Shown here piece by piece: positions 54,001 to 61,352 of a DNA stretch of 64,000 bases. The notes under the pieces were generated by a model. It searched no databases, was not told the DNA's origin, and saw only the letters and a program-made list of their open reading frames with translations. The stretch covers positions 130,431 through 194,430 of the forward strand of contig JAXHNE010000009.1 of assembly GCA_034520885.1 (NCBI GenBank), read 5' to 3'. Every line of letters begins with the position of its first letter. Position 1 is the first letter of the stretch. A program made the position numbers and the translations under genes. Source of the stretch: Candidatus Saccharimonadota bacterium (GTDB taxonomy: Bacteria; Patescibacteriota; Saccharimonadia; Saccharimonadales; JAXHNE01).

Positions 54001-54327
54001 CAGCATAATCCGCCAAGCCGGTTTATCAGCGAAATAGACGGCTCCTTGCTGGAAACGGAATCAACTTTTGCCGGCCGGCCGCAGTTTAGCGCGGCCAGTG
54101 CCAAGCCTGCCACTCCGCCACGCCCGCCTCAGTTCGTCGACGACATGCCGGACTACGACGAAAGCCAGGAAGCAATTGAATTGCAGCCCGGAGATACCGT
54201 TAAACATCGAATTTTCGGCGAAGGTAAGATTGAGTCACTGGAAGGCGCCACGGCCACTATTCACTTCACGTCAAAAGGTAGAAAAACACTTAATATACAA
54301 TTCGCCCCGCTGGAACGAATACAATAA
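51058..54327 (+). CDS. pcrA: ATP-dependent DNA helicase PcrA/UvrD interrupted by an intein
   Basis: 1089 aa with a GTG start. Motif I AGAGSGKT, motif II DEYQDTN. Motif III is split as VGDDWQ | intein | SIYSWRGA. Motifs V and VI are TLHAAKGLEFP and YVGMTRAK. The extein total is 728 aa. Confidence 0.92.
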   Translation: MLSGLYEDLNDEQRRAVETTEGPLLIQAGAGSGKTKTLTHRIAHIIASKKATPHNILAVTFTNKAAGEMRERVALLLGENPNNRSFMPYMGTFHGICVRLLRQDGEYVGVPKNFVIFDETDRRSAIKQVSKQLHIDEKAFPPRSLSHVISGAKNEMLGPREFSGSANSPTQKTAAQVYPAYEKLLKDNGALDFDDLIAKTVGLLQNNQTIREKWQRQFAYVMIDEYQDTNAAQYNLARLLTNQNNNIAVVGDDWQCLPAGSLVETGDGGKKIENVKAGDVVKSASGYGKSSKFKVNKLRSFDFKGDLVRIKTESGKVLTATPNHIMFSRWGVTEKYYVYLMYKKDKGYRIGLVKGSRFDGKKHDVGLRVRANQERAERMWVLKVCDSQEEGAYHEALLAYKYGIPMLVFHAYPNRAMKLGQQYIDKLFKRIDTEDRAKALFNDQGLSFEYPHFAPQATSRGDIQRINLNVVLFGDKRVTVRSPWSASRLSANTTNPEDLTVLKEAGVTVRSAKAGTFRAEVHNLDYGKIENISQSIAANGQNELQVVKSAFMTNSKFMFLPAGQLHPDMLLPVVSKDKVVEDKIVSVEKVKHNGKVYDLDIDKVHNYSANGVIVHNSIYSWRGADFRNILNFERDYPRVTTIKLEQNYRSTKAILDAAHSLIRKNQQRSQKKLWTDGHSGQPVKVIEAYNERAEAELITTRIYQAQQLGASQYGDYAVLYRTNAQSRSIEEMFVRYGIPYRVVGGVKFYDRKEIKDILAYLRVIYQPEDRVSFERIVNTPTRGIGAKSVSVFMDYINVSGVTLRQALQDVGSLELPTKAKKSFTELADIILSFREAMDDMPLPELLESLLRRINYLDFIDDGSAQGESRKENVQELLSVAQQYQDVGLAGFLEEVSLISDLDSLDQNGNAVTLMTLHAAKGLEFPVVFMAGMEESLFPHSRALYDQSEMEEERRLCYVGMTRAKRELYLLHTASRMLYGGVQHNPPSRFISEIDGSLLETESTFAGRPQFSAASAKPATPPRPPQFVDDMPDYDESQEAIELQPGDTVKHRIFGEGKIESLEGATATIHFTSKGRKTLNIQFAPLERIQ
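51823..52905 (+). mobile_element. Intein (361 aa) in helicase motif III of pcrA
   Basis: It starts with Cys (CLPAGSLVETGDG, block A). Block B is LTATPNHIMF and blocks F/G are VYDLDIDKVHNYSANGVIVHN. The next extein residue is Ser. The central ~200 aa show no clear LAGLIDADG motif. Confidence 0.82.
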
Positions 54328-54411
54328 TCAGTACCACCAAAGCTCCCCGTTTGATATACTCCCATCCGGTTCATGTTTCTGTCATACTTATGAGTGCGTA
54401 TTAATTTTGCC

Positions 54412-55644
54412 ATGAAGAAGACACTGAAAAAGCTGCGGTCCAAGAAGACCCAAAAGCGAGTAAAATATCTCAGCCGCCATCCGTTCGTGGTGCCGGTCAC
54501 TACTTTCGTGGTGATGTTTTTCTTTACCTTGGTGCTCGTAGTGATTATGGGCGGACGAACCATCGGTGCTTCGGATACCAGGGTGGTGCAGCTTTACGTT
54601 GACGGCCGTTCGCAAGTAGTTCCCACCAGGGCGTCTACCGTGGAAGAGCTATTACAACGTCTGGATATTGAGGTCGGCCAACGGGATATCGTGGAGCCCG
54701 GACTGGACGCCGAAATCACCGATGATAATTTTCAGGTGAATGTATACAAAGCCCGTTCGGTACTCATCGAGGACGAAGGGAAAAGATCGGTCATAGTGAC
54801 GGCGGCACCTTCCCCGCGAGCGGTCGTCAAAGCCGCGGACTTGGAGGTTCACCCCGAAGACCGCGTGGAAAAACAGCCACTTCCCGAACAAGATCCAGCT
54901 GACATTATCAAAGAAGGCGGCGTGCAAGAACGAATCGTTATTGAGCGGGCAACACCGGTGGCGCTGAACATATTCGGCACCCAAGTGGATGTCCGAACGC
55001 ACGCCGAAACGGTAGGAGATTTGCTTGCCGAACGCGACCTTCACAACGTGAGTGTGCTCCCCGAAGAACGAACGCCAATTACCAGTGACCTTTCAATCTT
55101 CGTGACCGAACCCGGCAAAAAGTTGCGAGTCGTACAGGAAGAAATTCCATTCGAGGAAGAAACGCGCGAGAATCCCTCCCTTGAATTTGGCGAAGAACGG
55201 GTCGAGCAAGAGGGGAGCCCGGGACGCCGAGCCGTTGTCTATGAAATTGCCAAAGACGGCACTGAAGAAGTGTTTAACAAGGTTGTCGTCAGGAAGCCGG
55301 TTAAGCGGATCGTGGTACGTGGTAAGAGACTTGCCGATATATTTGTGAGCGCAGAAAGCCGGGAGTTAATGGCAGCTGCCGGCATAGCAGAAACGGATTT
55401 TGAACACGTTAAATATATAGTCAACCATGAGTCAGGACCTAATTGGAACGTAACAGCGAGAAATGTCAGCTCTGGCGCATACGGTTTATGTCAGTCGCTA
55501 CCTGGCTCAAAAATGGCAAGCGCGGGAGCCGACTGGAGAACAAATCCAGTGACTCAACTTCGTTGGTGTAACAGTTATGCGCTATCAAACTACGGCAGTT
55601 GGAGTGAGGCTCGTTTCTTTCATCAGGGAGCAGGTTGGTGGTAA
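54412..55644 (+). CDS. RpfB-like cell-wall protein: TM, 3x DUF348, G5, C-terminal transglycosylase-like domain
   Basis: Start taken at MKKTLKKL. DUF348-like repeats (VDGRSQVVPTRASTVEELL; VIVTAAPSPRAVV; VDVRTHAETVGDLL), G5 block EEIPFEEETRENPSLEFGEERVEQEGSPGRR, and C-terminal NHESGPNWNVTARNVSSGAYGLCQ. Confidence 0.72.
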   Translation: MKKTLKKLRSKKTQKRVKYLSRHPFVVPVTTFVVMFFFTLVLVVIMGGRTIGASDTRVVQLYVDGRSQVVPTRASTVEELLQRLDIEVGQRDIVEPGLDAEITDDNFQVNVYKARSVLIEDEGKRSVIVTAAPSPRAVVKAADLEVHPEDRVEKQPLPEQDPADIIKEGGVQERIVIERATPVALNIFGTQVDVRTHAETVGDLLAERDLHNVSVLPEERTPITSDLSIFVTEPGKKLRVVQEEIPFEEETRENPSLEFGEERVEQEGSPGRRAVVYEIAKDGTEEVFNKVVVRKPVKRIVVRGKRLADIFVSAESRELMAAAGIAETDFEHVKYIVNHESGPNWNVTARNVSSGAYGLCQSLPGSKMASAGADWRTNPVTQLRWCNSYALSNYGSWSEARFFHQGAGWW

Positions 55645-55662
55645 TGCTGATAGAATGAACGT

Positions 55663-56085
55663 ATGAAATATCAACACGATGGCTATAACTGGTTAGTACG
55701 TCTGGAAAAGGGCGAAAAGCTCGTCGCCTCACTTACTGAGCTTGTCGCGAAAGAAAACATCCAGGCCGCCTGGATTTCCGGCTTGGGTGCGGCGCTTCAA
55801 TCCGAGCTAGGCTTTTACGATCTAAAAAGCCGGGAATATAACTTTAAAACCATTGATAAAACGCTGGAAATTACCAGCTTGCAAGGCAATGTTTCCCGCT
55901 CGGGCAGTGAGCCAAAATTGCACATTCATGGCAGTTTTTCCGACGAAAACATGCGGGTCTTTGGCGGACACGTAAAAGAGTTAACCGTTGGCGGAACGTG
56001 TGAAATCTTCTTGCATCGCTGGTTCAAAGACGAACTTACGCGCTCACACGACGATACCGTCGGCCTCCCGCTCCTCGATCTATAG
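55663..56085 (+). CDS. PPC (DUF296) domain protein
   Basis: 140 aa. LVRLEKGEKLVASLTELVAKENIQAAWISGLGA...HIHGSFSDENMRVFGGHV fits the PPC/PCC fold pattern. Confidence 0.6.
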   Translation: MKYQHDGYNWLVRLEKGEKLVASLTELVAKENIQAAWISGLGAALQSELGFYDLKSREYNFKTIDKTLEITSLQGNVSRSGSEPKLHIHGSFSDENMRVFGGHVKELTVGGTCEIFLHRWFKDELTRSHDDTVGLPLLDL

Positions 56086-56117
56086 CAACTTCTCTAAGAA
56101 GTAAACCGTACCAGGTG

Positions 56118-56153
56118 TACCACAAACATGTCCGATCGGACATGTTTGTGGTA
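56118..56153. repeat. 36-bp perfect palindrome, copy 2 of the element at 3279-3314
   Basis: TACCACAAACATGTCCGATCGGACATGTTTGTGGTA, located 33 nt after the stop of the PPC gene. Confidence 0.85.
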
Positions 56154-56215
56154 ATCTTGGATTTTTTGTAGGTTTTTTCGTGTTTGTCGGGGCGTTGTTT
56201 TGCTACACTTGCTAA

Positions 56216-56719
56216 ATGAGCACCACAAAACGACAAACTTTCACGCAAAAATGGGCTGTCGCCTCCTTTTTTGGTGATTTGCCGGCAGGGTTTGAATTCC
56301 ATAAAACGAATACGCCCCTTCACGCCACTTTGGCGGGGGTTTTCTCAATTAATCTTAACGGCCAATCAATAGCTGACATACTGAGTAAACACCTAAAAGA
56401 TGCGAACCCGTTCAGTATCAAAGGCGAACAAATCGAACAATGGGGAGAAATAAGCGTGACTACCATTAAAGATTCCGCAGCGTTTAATTCATTGTACAAA
56501 GGCGTGCAAAATGTCTTGCTTAAAAACGGGGCAGCGTTTAACGAGCCACAGTACCTAGCCGACGGTTTTTGCCCTCATGTTACGGTTCAAAAAAGTGAAA
56601 AACTGCAACCGGGAGAAAAGGCGATAATAGACAGGGTAAGTTTGGTCGATATGTTCCCAAATAACGATGGAACTCGCAGGCGAATCACCACGACCTTTAA
56701 ACTAAAAAACTATGATTGA
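56216..56719 (+). CDS. 2H phosphoesterase-superfamily protein (LigT-like)
   Basis: 167 aa with two H-x-T-x motifs (LHATLAG and PHVTVQK) at the expected spacing. Confidence 0.55.
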   Translation: MSTTKRQTFTQKWAVASFFGDLPAGFEFHKTNTPLHATLAGVFSINLNGQSIADILSKHLKDANPFSIKGEQIEQWGEISVTTIKDSAAFNSLYKGVQNVLLKNGAAFNEPQYLADGFCPHVTVQKSEKLQPGEKAIIDRVSLVDMFPNNDGTRRRITTTFKLKNYD

Positions 56720-57479
56720 ACCAAATAAATCGCTTGGTCAACATTGGTTGGCTGACAAAAATGTACTACAGCAAATCGTTGACGCGGCTAATATTACGCC
56801 AGAAGACGAAGTGGTGGAAATCGGCCCGGGTACGGGCACGCTTACCAGGGCGCTTATTGACAATGGTGCGCACGTTACCGCCGTAGAGTTTGACCGAAAT
56901 TTAGTAGATCGCCTACAAGCTGAGTTTCCCGAAGCGCGGGTCGTACGATCGGATATACTGTCGTTCGATCTTTCGCGCATGAAGACTCCTTACAAAATAG
57001 TCGCCAATATACCGTACTACCTTACGAGCAAGTTAATACGCCTACTAAGTGAATCGGCTAATCCGCCTGAGCGAGCCGTATTATTAATCCAAAAAGAGGT
57101 CGCTCAGCGCGTGGCGGCCGCCCCGGGCGATATGTCGCTTTTAGGTGTGAGTGCGCAGTATTATTGGGAGGTATCGCTTGGAATTGAAGTACCCGCCAAA
57201 TTATTTACGCCGCCGCCAAAAGTCGACTCCCAAGTGGTGATTTTAAATAAACGACAGCAGCCACCATTCGGAAAGATCGACGAAAAAAAGTTTTTCCGTA
57301 TCGTCAAAGCGGGGTTTAGTAATCGCCGTAAAACCCTGCTTAATTCATTAAGTGCCGGGTTGCACTTAAGTAAAGAAAACACCCGGCAACCGCTGGAAAA
57401 CGCGGGAATAAAACCGAGCTCTCGCGCGCAAGAGTTATCACTGGAGCAGTGGCACACCCTTTATAAAAACTTTGCTTAA
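56712..57479 (+). CDS. rsmA: 16S rRNA (adenine1518/1519-N6)-dimethyltransferase
   Basis: 255 aa. LGQHWL, the SAM motif VVEIGPGTGTLT, and NIPYYLTS. Confidence 0.9.
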   Translation: MIEPNKSLGQHWLADKNVLQQIVDAANITPEDEVVEIGPGTGTLTRALIDNGAHVTAVEFDRNLVDRLQAEFPEARVVRSDILSFDLSRMKTPYKIVANIPYYLTSKLIRLLSESANPPERAVLLIQKEVAQRVAAAPGDMSLLGVSAQYYWEVSLGIEVPAKLFTPPPKVDSQVVILNKRQQPPFGKIDEKKFFRIVKAGFSNRRKTLLNSLSAGLHLSKENTRQPLENAGIKPSSRAQELSLEQWHTLYKNFA

Positions 57480-57537
57480 AATATCCATAAGTGGTATAAT
57501 TCAGCCAAGCCACGAATGAGTGGTGAGTGATACATAT

Positions 57538-57942
57538 GGGGCTGACTTTAAGCTCGACGTTGGACGTTAACAAGTTAGATCAGCAGGCCGCTTACTCAGC
57601 GTTATAGGGTAACTCAAACTAGATGCAAATTTCGTATCTAAAGCAAAAGCCGGCTTCCAGAATGCTGCTTACGCACTTTTTGGTCAACCAGCTGAAGCTA
57701 CAGCAGTAGCTTAACAGCATACTGCCGCTACGATTTTGACTCCTGATAGAAATCCGTAGTGCCATATTTTTCAGGGTGCCGATTCGTGAGCGGTTCATAA
57801 CGAATCATAAGACTAATGAACCACCTCGTTCGCTATTTTGATTGTTTTAACGCGAAACGAGTACACCCAAACAATCTAAGCCTGTAGGACAGACTAACTT
57901 ATAACCCTTCGGACGCGGGTGCGATTCCCGCCAGCTCCACCA
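57538..57942 (+). ncRNA. ssrA: tmRNA (SsrA)
   Basis: The 5' end is GGGGCTGACTTTAAGCTCGACG and the 3' end is GGACGCGGGTGCGATTCCCGCCAGCTCCACCA (tRNA-Ala-like, G3-U70). A candidate tag frame from GCA 57643 reads AKAGFQNAAYALFGQPAEATAVA, ending at the TAA stop at 57712-57714. Confidence 0.9.
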
Positions 57943-58346
57943 GACTTCGCGCAAGGCTTCGTCTGGCAAGCCATTTCGTAAAACGTTACTTAGAAAACGG
58001 CTTATTTTATAGTATTAGGGACTCGTGCCTGCCAGCTCCACCAGACTTCGCGCAAGGCTTCGTCTGGCAAGCCATTTCGTAAAACGTTACTTAGAAAACG
58101 GCTTATTTTATAGTATTAGGGACTCGTGCCTGCCAGCTCCACCAGACTTCGCGCAAGGCTTCGTCTGGCAAGCCATTTCGTAAAACGTTCCTTAGAAAAC
58201 GGCTTATTTTATAGTATTAGGGACTCGTGCCCGCCAGCTCCACCAGACTTCGCGCAAGGCTTCGTCTGGCAAGCCATTTCGTAAAACGTTACTTAGAAAA
58301 CGGCTTATTTTATAGTATTAGGGACTCGTGCCTGCCAGCTCCACCA
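57943..58346 (+). repeat. Four tandem 101-bp units, each ending in the ssrA 3' terminus
   Basis: Unit ends fall at 58043, 58144, 58245 and 58346. Each unit ends in (C/T)GCCAGCTCCACCA. The units are nearly identical, with single substitutions in unit 3. Confidence 0.92.
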
Positions 58347-58411
58347 AAAATACATCAATCCGCGTTGGTGTTTTTTGTTCGCTTAATAACTATCATTGTA
58401 TAATTTTGGCA

Positions 58412-59443
58412 ATGGCGCTAAAAAACTGGTTTATTGCCAACAAGCATAACAAATTTCACCCGATGGCCTTGCGCCCTGTAGGGTTGGCTATATTCTTTTC
58501 GCTGATTTTAGCAATTAACCCGCTGTATAATTATGTCTCTGCAGGCAAAGTCCAAGTACTTGGCTATGCGACCAATATAAGTGTTAGCGGTCTGCACAAT
58601 CTGACGAACCAGGAAAGAGCTCAGCGCGGACTGCAACCACTGTCGCTTAATTCCACGCTTAACAGTGCCGCGAGCTCTAAGGCAAACCACATGTTCGCTA
58701 ATAACTACTGGGCGCATACCGCGCCTGATGGCACGCAGTTTTCATATTTTGTAACTTCCGCTGGGTATAATTATGCCTCCGCCGGCGAGAATCTGGCCAA
58801 GAATTTTTCGACCTCTGCCGGTGTGATGTCCGGTTGGATGGGCAGCAGCGGTCACAAACAAAACGTTTTGGGGAATTATAAAGACGTTGGTTTTGCTGTC
58901 GTAAACGGTAACTTATTGGGTGAAGACACGACGCTGGTCGTTGCTATGTATGGGTCTAAACAAGTATCGCCAGCCGCCCCACAACCCCAGCCAAAACCGA
59001 AACCCTCATCACAACCTTCTTCACCAACGCCGCAACCCCAGAACACACAATCAGAACCGGAACCTGAACCAGAAGAGCCAGCGCCGGAGGAAGAAAACGA
59101 AGAAAATGCCCAGCAAGAAACAAACAATCAGAATAATGAAGACGAAGAGGAAGCGGTCGAAGCTATTCAGCCAACCAACGGCGATGAAGACGGCGAGGTG
59201 CTGGCATCCTACAACATTAATCCAGTAGATATGTACAACACCTTTAACTGGGGGCAAAAGGCTACCATGTTCTTGCTTTGTGCAATGATACTTCTAAATG
59301 TGATGAAACACACGCTTATATGGCGGGAACAACGGCGCGGGTTGAGGCATATATGGTTGCGCTCGCATCCGCTGGCGCAAGCCTTCGTACTGATATTCGC
59401 CAGTATCATAACCATAACCAGCAGTATCGGTGTTATTAAATGA
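58412..59443 (+). CDS. CAP/SCP (YkwD-like) domain protein with a Pro/Glu-rich linker and C-terminal TM helices
   Basis: Start at MALKNWF; the track start at 58328 lies inside the last ssrA repeat unit. CAP blocks LTNQERAQRGLQPLSLNSTL, NYWAHT, GENLA and GHKQNVL. TGTATAAT at 58396-58403 lies only ~8 nt from the ATG, so the mRNA may be leaderless. Confidence 0.72.
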   Translation: MALKNWFIANKHNKFHPMALRPVGLAIFFSLILAINPLYNYVSAGKVQVLGYATNISVSGLHNLTNQERAQRGLQPLSLNSTLNSAASSKANHMFANNYWAHTAPDGTQFSYFVTSAGYNYASAGENLAKNFSTSAGVMSGWMGSSGHKQNVLGNYKDVGFAVVNGNLLGEDTTLVVAMYGSKQVSPAAPQPQPKPKPSSQPSSPTPQPQNTQSEPEPEPEEPAPEEENEENAQQETNNQNNEDEEEAVEAIQPTNGDEDGEVLASYNINPVDMYNTFNWGQKATMFLLCAMILLNVMKHTLIWREQRRGLRHIWLRSHPLAQAFVLIFASIITITSSIGVIK

Positions 59444-59688
59444 GACGACATCATTACAAAAATCAAAAATTACATACACTTTACAACCTAGTGCTTCTTG
59501 GCGCGTTAATTGCCGTTTTCTCTGTCGAGACAACCATCGACGCTTGGCTTTTAGTGGGTCTCGCAATCTTTTACGTCGGAGGAAATGGATTTATACATTG
59601 GCATAAAAGCGAACTAAAGCGCGACACAATCATTGAATACCTACTAGTCGCGCTAATCGTATTAGTGGTCGCATACGGAGCAATCTAG
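59440..59688 (+). CDS. Small membrane protein
   Basis: 82 aa with three hydrophobic helices. It overlaps the upstream gene by 4 nt. Confidence 0.45.
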   Translation: MRRHHYKNQKLHTLYNLVLLGALIAVFSVETTIDAWLLVGLAIFYVGGNGFIHWHKSELKRDTIIEYLLVALIVLVVAYGAI

Positions 59689-59803
59689 AGTAAACGAATA
59701 AGCATAAGTACAATACAATAAATTTGACACACTGTATAAGTAGTACTAGTGTATTAGTTAGTAGTGGGGATTTTATAAATAATCACCTATAAAGGAGATA
59801 TTA

Positions 59804-60808
59804 ATGATAAATATTAAAAGATTGTCGGCGATAGCGTTGGTGGTACCGCTAGTTATTGCTAGTTTTGCAACAATAATGAGTGTTGGTGGTGGTTCTCAGG
59901 CATTAGCCGATCAGCCTACAAATTTGCATTGCCCAAACCACGAAACAGAAATCAAAGTAGAAACTTCAGGAAGCCCTCAAACAGCAGATGAAACCGTTAC
60001 TATAGACGGACAAAGTGTTCGTGTAAACGTAACAGGTGAAGAAGTAAAATTTTTCGACAGCAGTAACGAATTAATTAAGGTAAAGTTTTGCGTGAAAGGT
60101 GGCAATGAGCTTCCAAATTCTGGTGAAAAACAAGCAAAACAATATACGCACCCTCAAGAAATAAGTTATGTTGTTGTGTATAGGGTCGTTGAAGAGCAAG
60201 AGGACGACAAGCCCGAAGCTGAAGTAACAATCATAAAAGATGTTGTAGACGGTGAAGACGAGGAAAAGTTCGAGTTTTATGCCGGTGCAAAAAACCTAGA
60301 AACTGGTGAGATTGATTACTCTGCCTGGGGTCCATTTATGCTAGATGATTATTCAAGAACAGACACACCGAACCAAGTGCATGTGCCGAATGTAGGTTTA
60401 CATACATCAAATGTATTTACTGTTACTGAGAAATTTGTTGATGGATGGAATGTAGATATTAAATGCATGAACCTAGAAGATGCTGTATCAGAATGGGAAG
60501 CAGGCCTTATCGGTAATGACCACGTAGTTACGCTAACCCTAGTAGAAGATTCACACATTCAGTGTACTTTCGAAAACGAAAAAGTTACTGAAGATGAGGA
60601 AGAAAAGCCAACAGAGAATGGTGATGTACTTGGTGACAAAACCAATAAAGATACAGGCGAAACACTCGGTACGCAAGTAGACGCACCAGTCGGAGCTGTT
60701 GATGCCGGTGTAGGCGCAACGGGATTTGCTGTGAGCTCAATCCTGGGACTTGCTGGATCTATCTCTGCTCTTGGATACGGAGCCTTACGTTTTGGTAAAA
60801 GCGAGTAA
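59804..60808 (+). CDS. Secreted surface protein with a C-terminal hydrophobic anchor (non-LPXTG sorting-signal-like tail)
   Basis: 334 aa. Signal peptide, acidic linker, and a C-terminus VDAGVGATGFAVSSILGLAGSISALGYGALRFGKSE (hydrophobic helix plus basic tail). It lies immediately upstream of a sortase gene. Confidence 0.55.
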   Translation: MINIKRLSAIALVVPLVIASFATIMSVGGGSQALADQPTNLHCPNHETEIKVETSGSPQTADETVTIDGQSVRVNVTGEEVKFFDSSNELIKVKFCVKGGNELPNSGEKQAKQYTHPQEISYVVVYRVVEEQEDDKPEAEVTIIKDVVDGEDEEKFEFYAGAKNLETGEIDYSAWGPFMLDDYSRTDTPNQVHVPNVGLHTSNVFTVTEKFVDGWNVDIKCMNLEDAVSEWEAGLIGNDHVVTLTLVEDSHIQCTFENEKVTEDEEEKPTENGDVLGDKTNKDTGETLGTQVDAPVGAVDAGVGATGFAVSSILGLAGSISALGYGALRFGKSE

Positions 60809-60833
60809 AGCCTAGGTAATAGGGCAAAATAAG

Positions 60834-61352
60834 GTGAGTAAGACAACACCAAAAAAACAAGCAAAAAAGCGGCAGCAAAATAAGCTGCCGCTTTCGGGTT
60901 CCGCAGGTAAAAAGGGCAAAGCCAAAAGTGCTACAAGCAAAACCAATAAATCTGGCAATCATAAAAGGCGAAGCCCGAGAACAAAAACGTACAACTTGTG
61001 GCTGGGCTCACGCCGCAGTCTTGAGCTAAAGTTTAAGCTCAAAACCAAAAAGAAAAAGCGGTTGACCAAAAAACAGCAACTGGCTCGAAAGAAGCTAAGG
61101 CAAAAAATGCTTGCTTCGGCAATGATAGTGATTGGGCTCGTTGGGCTTTTCTATTTTTCCGCCAATTTAACCGGCCAACGAAATCCACCGGAAATTTACT
61201 CGCCGCCAACTCCGGAAGTTGTTGAGTCTGAGCCGGTTGAAGAAGAGCCCGCAGGGGGCATGACTGCTTCAGCCCCAACAACTTTAAGTATTCCTGACGT
61301 AGATATTAATACTTCTCTCATTACGCTTGGGCGCAATCAGGATGGAACTATG
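60834..61352 (+). pseudogene. Sortase gene, N-terminal third only (basic tail, TM helix, first beta strands), truncated at a compositional breakpoint
   Basis: GTG start, K/R-rich N-terminus, TM helix MIVIGLVGLFYF, then TTLSIPDVDINTSLITLGRNQDGTM. This parallels LVINKLGIDTRVTRLG of the 4860 paralogue. The His and Cys catalytic regions are absent. Confidence 0.6.

Noticed and set aside
57943-58346. Possibility that the 101-bp tandem array is a CRISPR array
   Set aside because: There are no unique spacers, because entire units are repeated. The unit length and lack of a short palindromic repeat/spacer alternation do not fit. No cas genes are in the window.
58328-58411. Upstream start (58328) for the CAP-domain gene
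   Set aside because: That start lies inside the last ssrA-derived repeat unit. An ATG at 58412, directly after a TGTATAAT promoter element, gives a sensible N-terminus with a TM helix.
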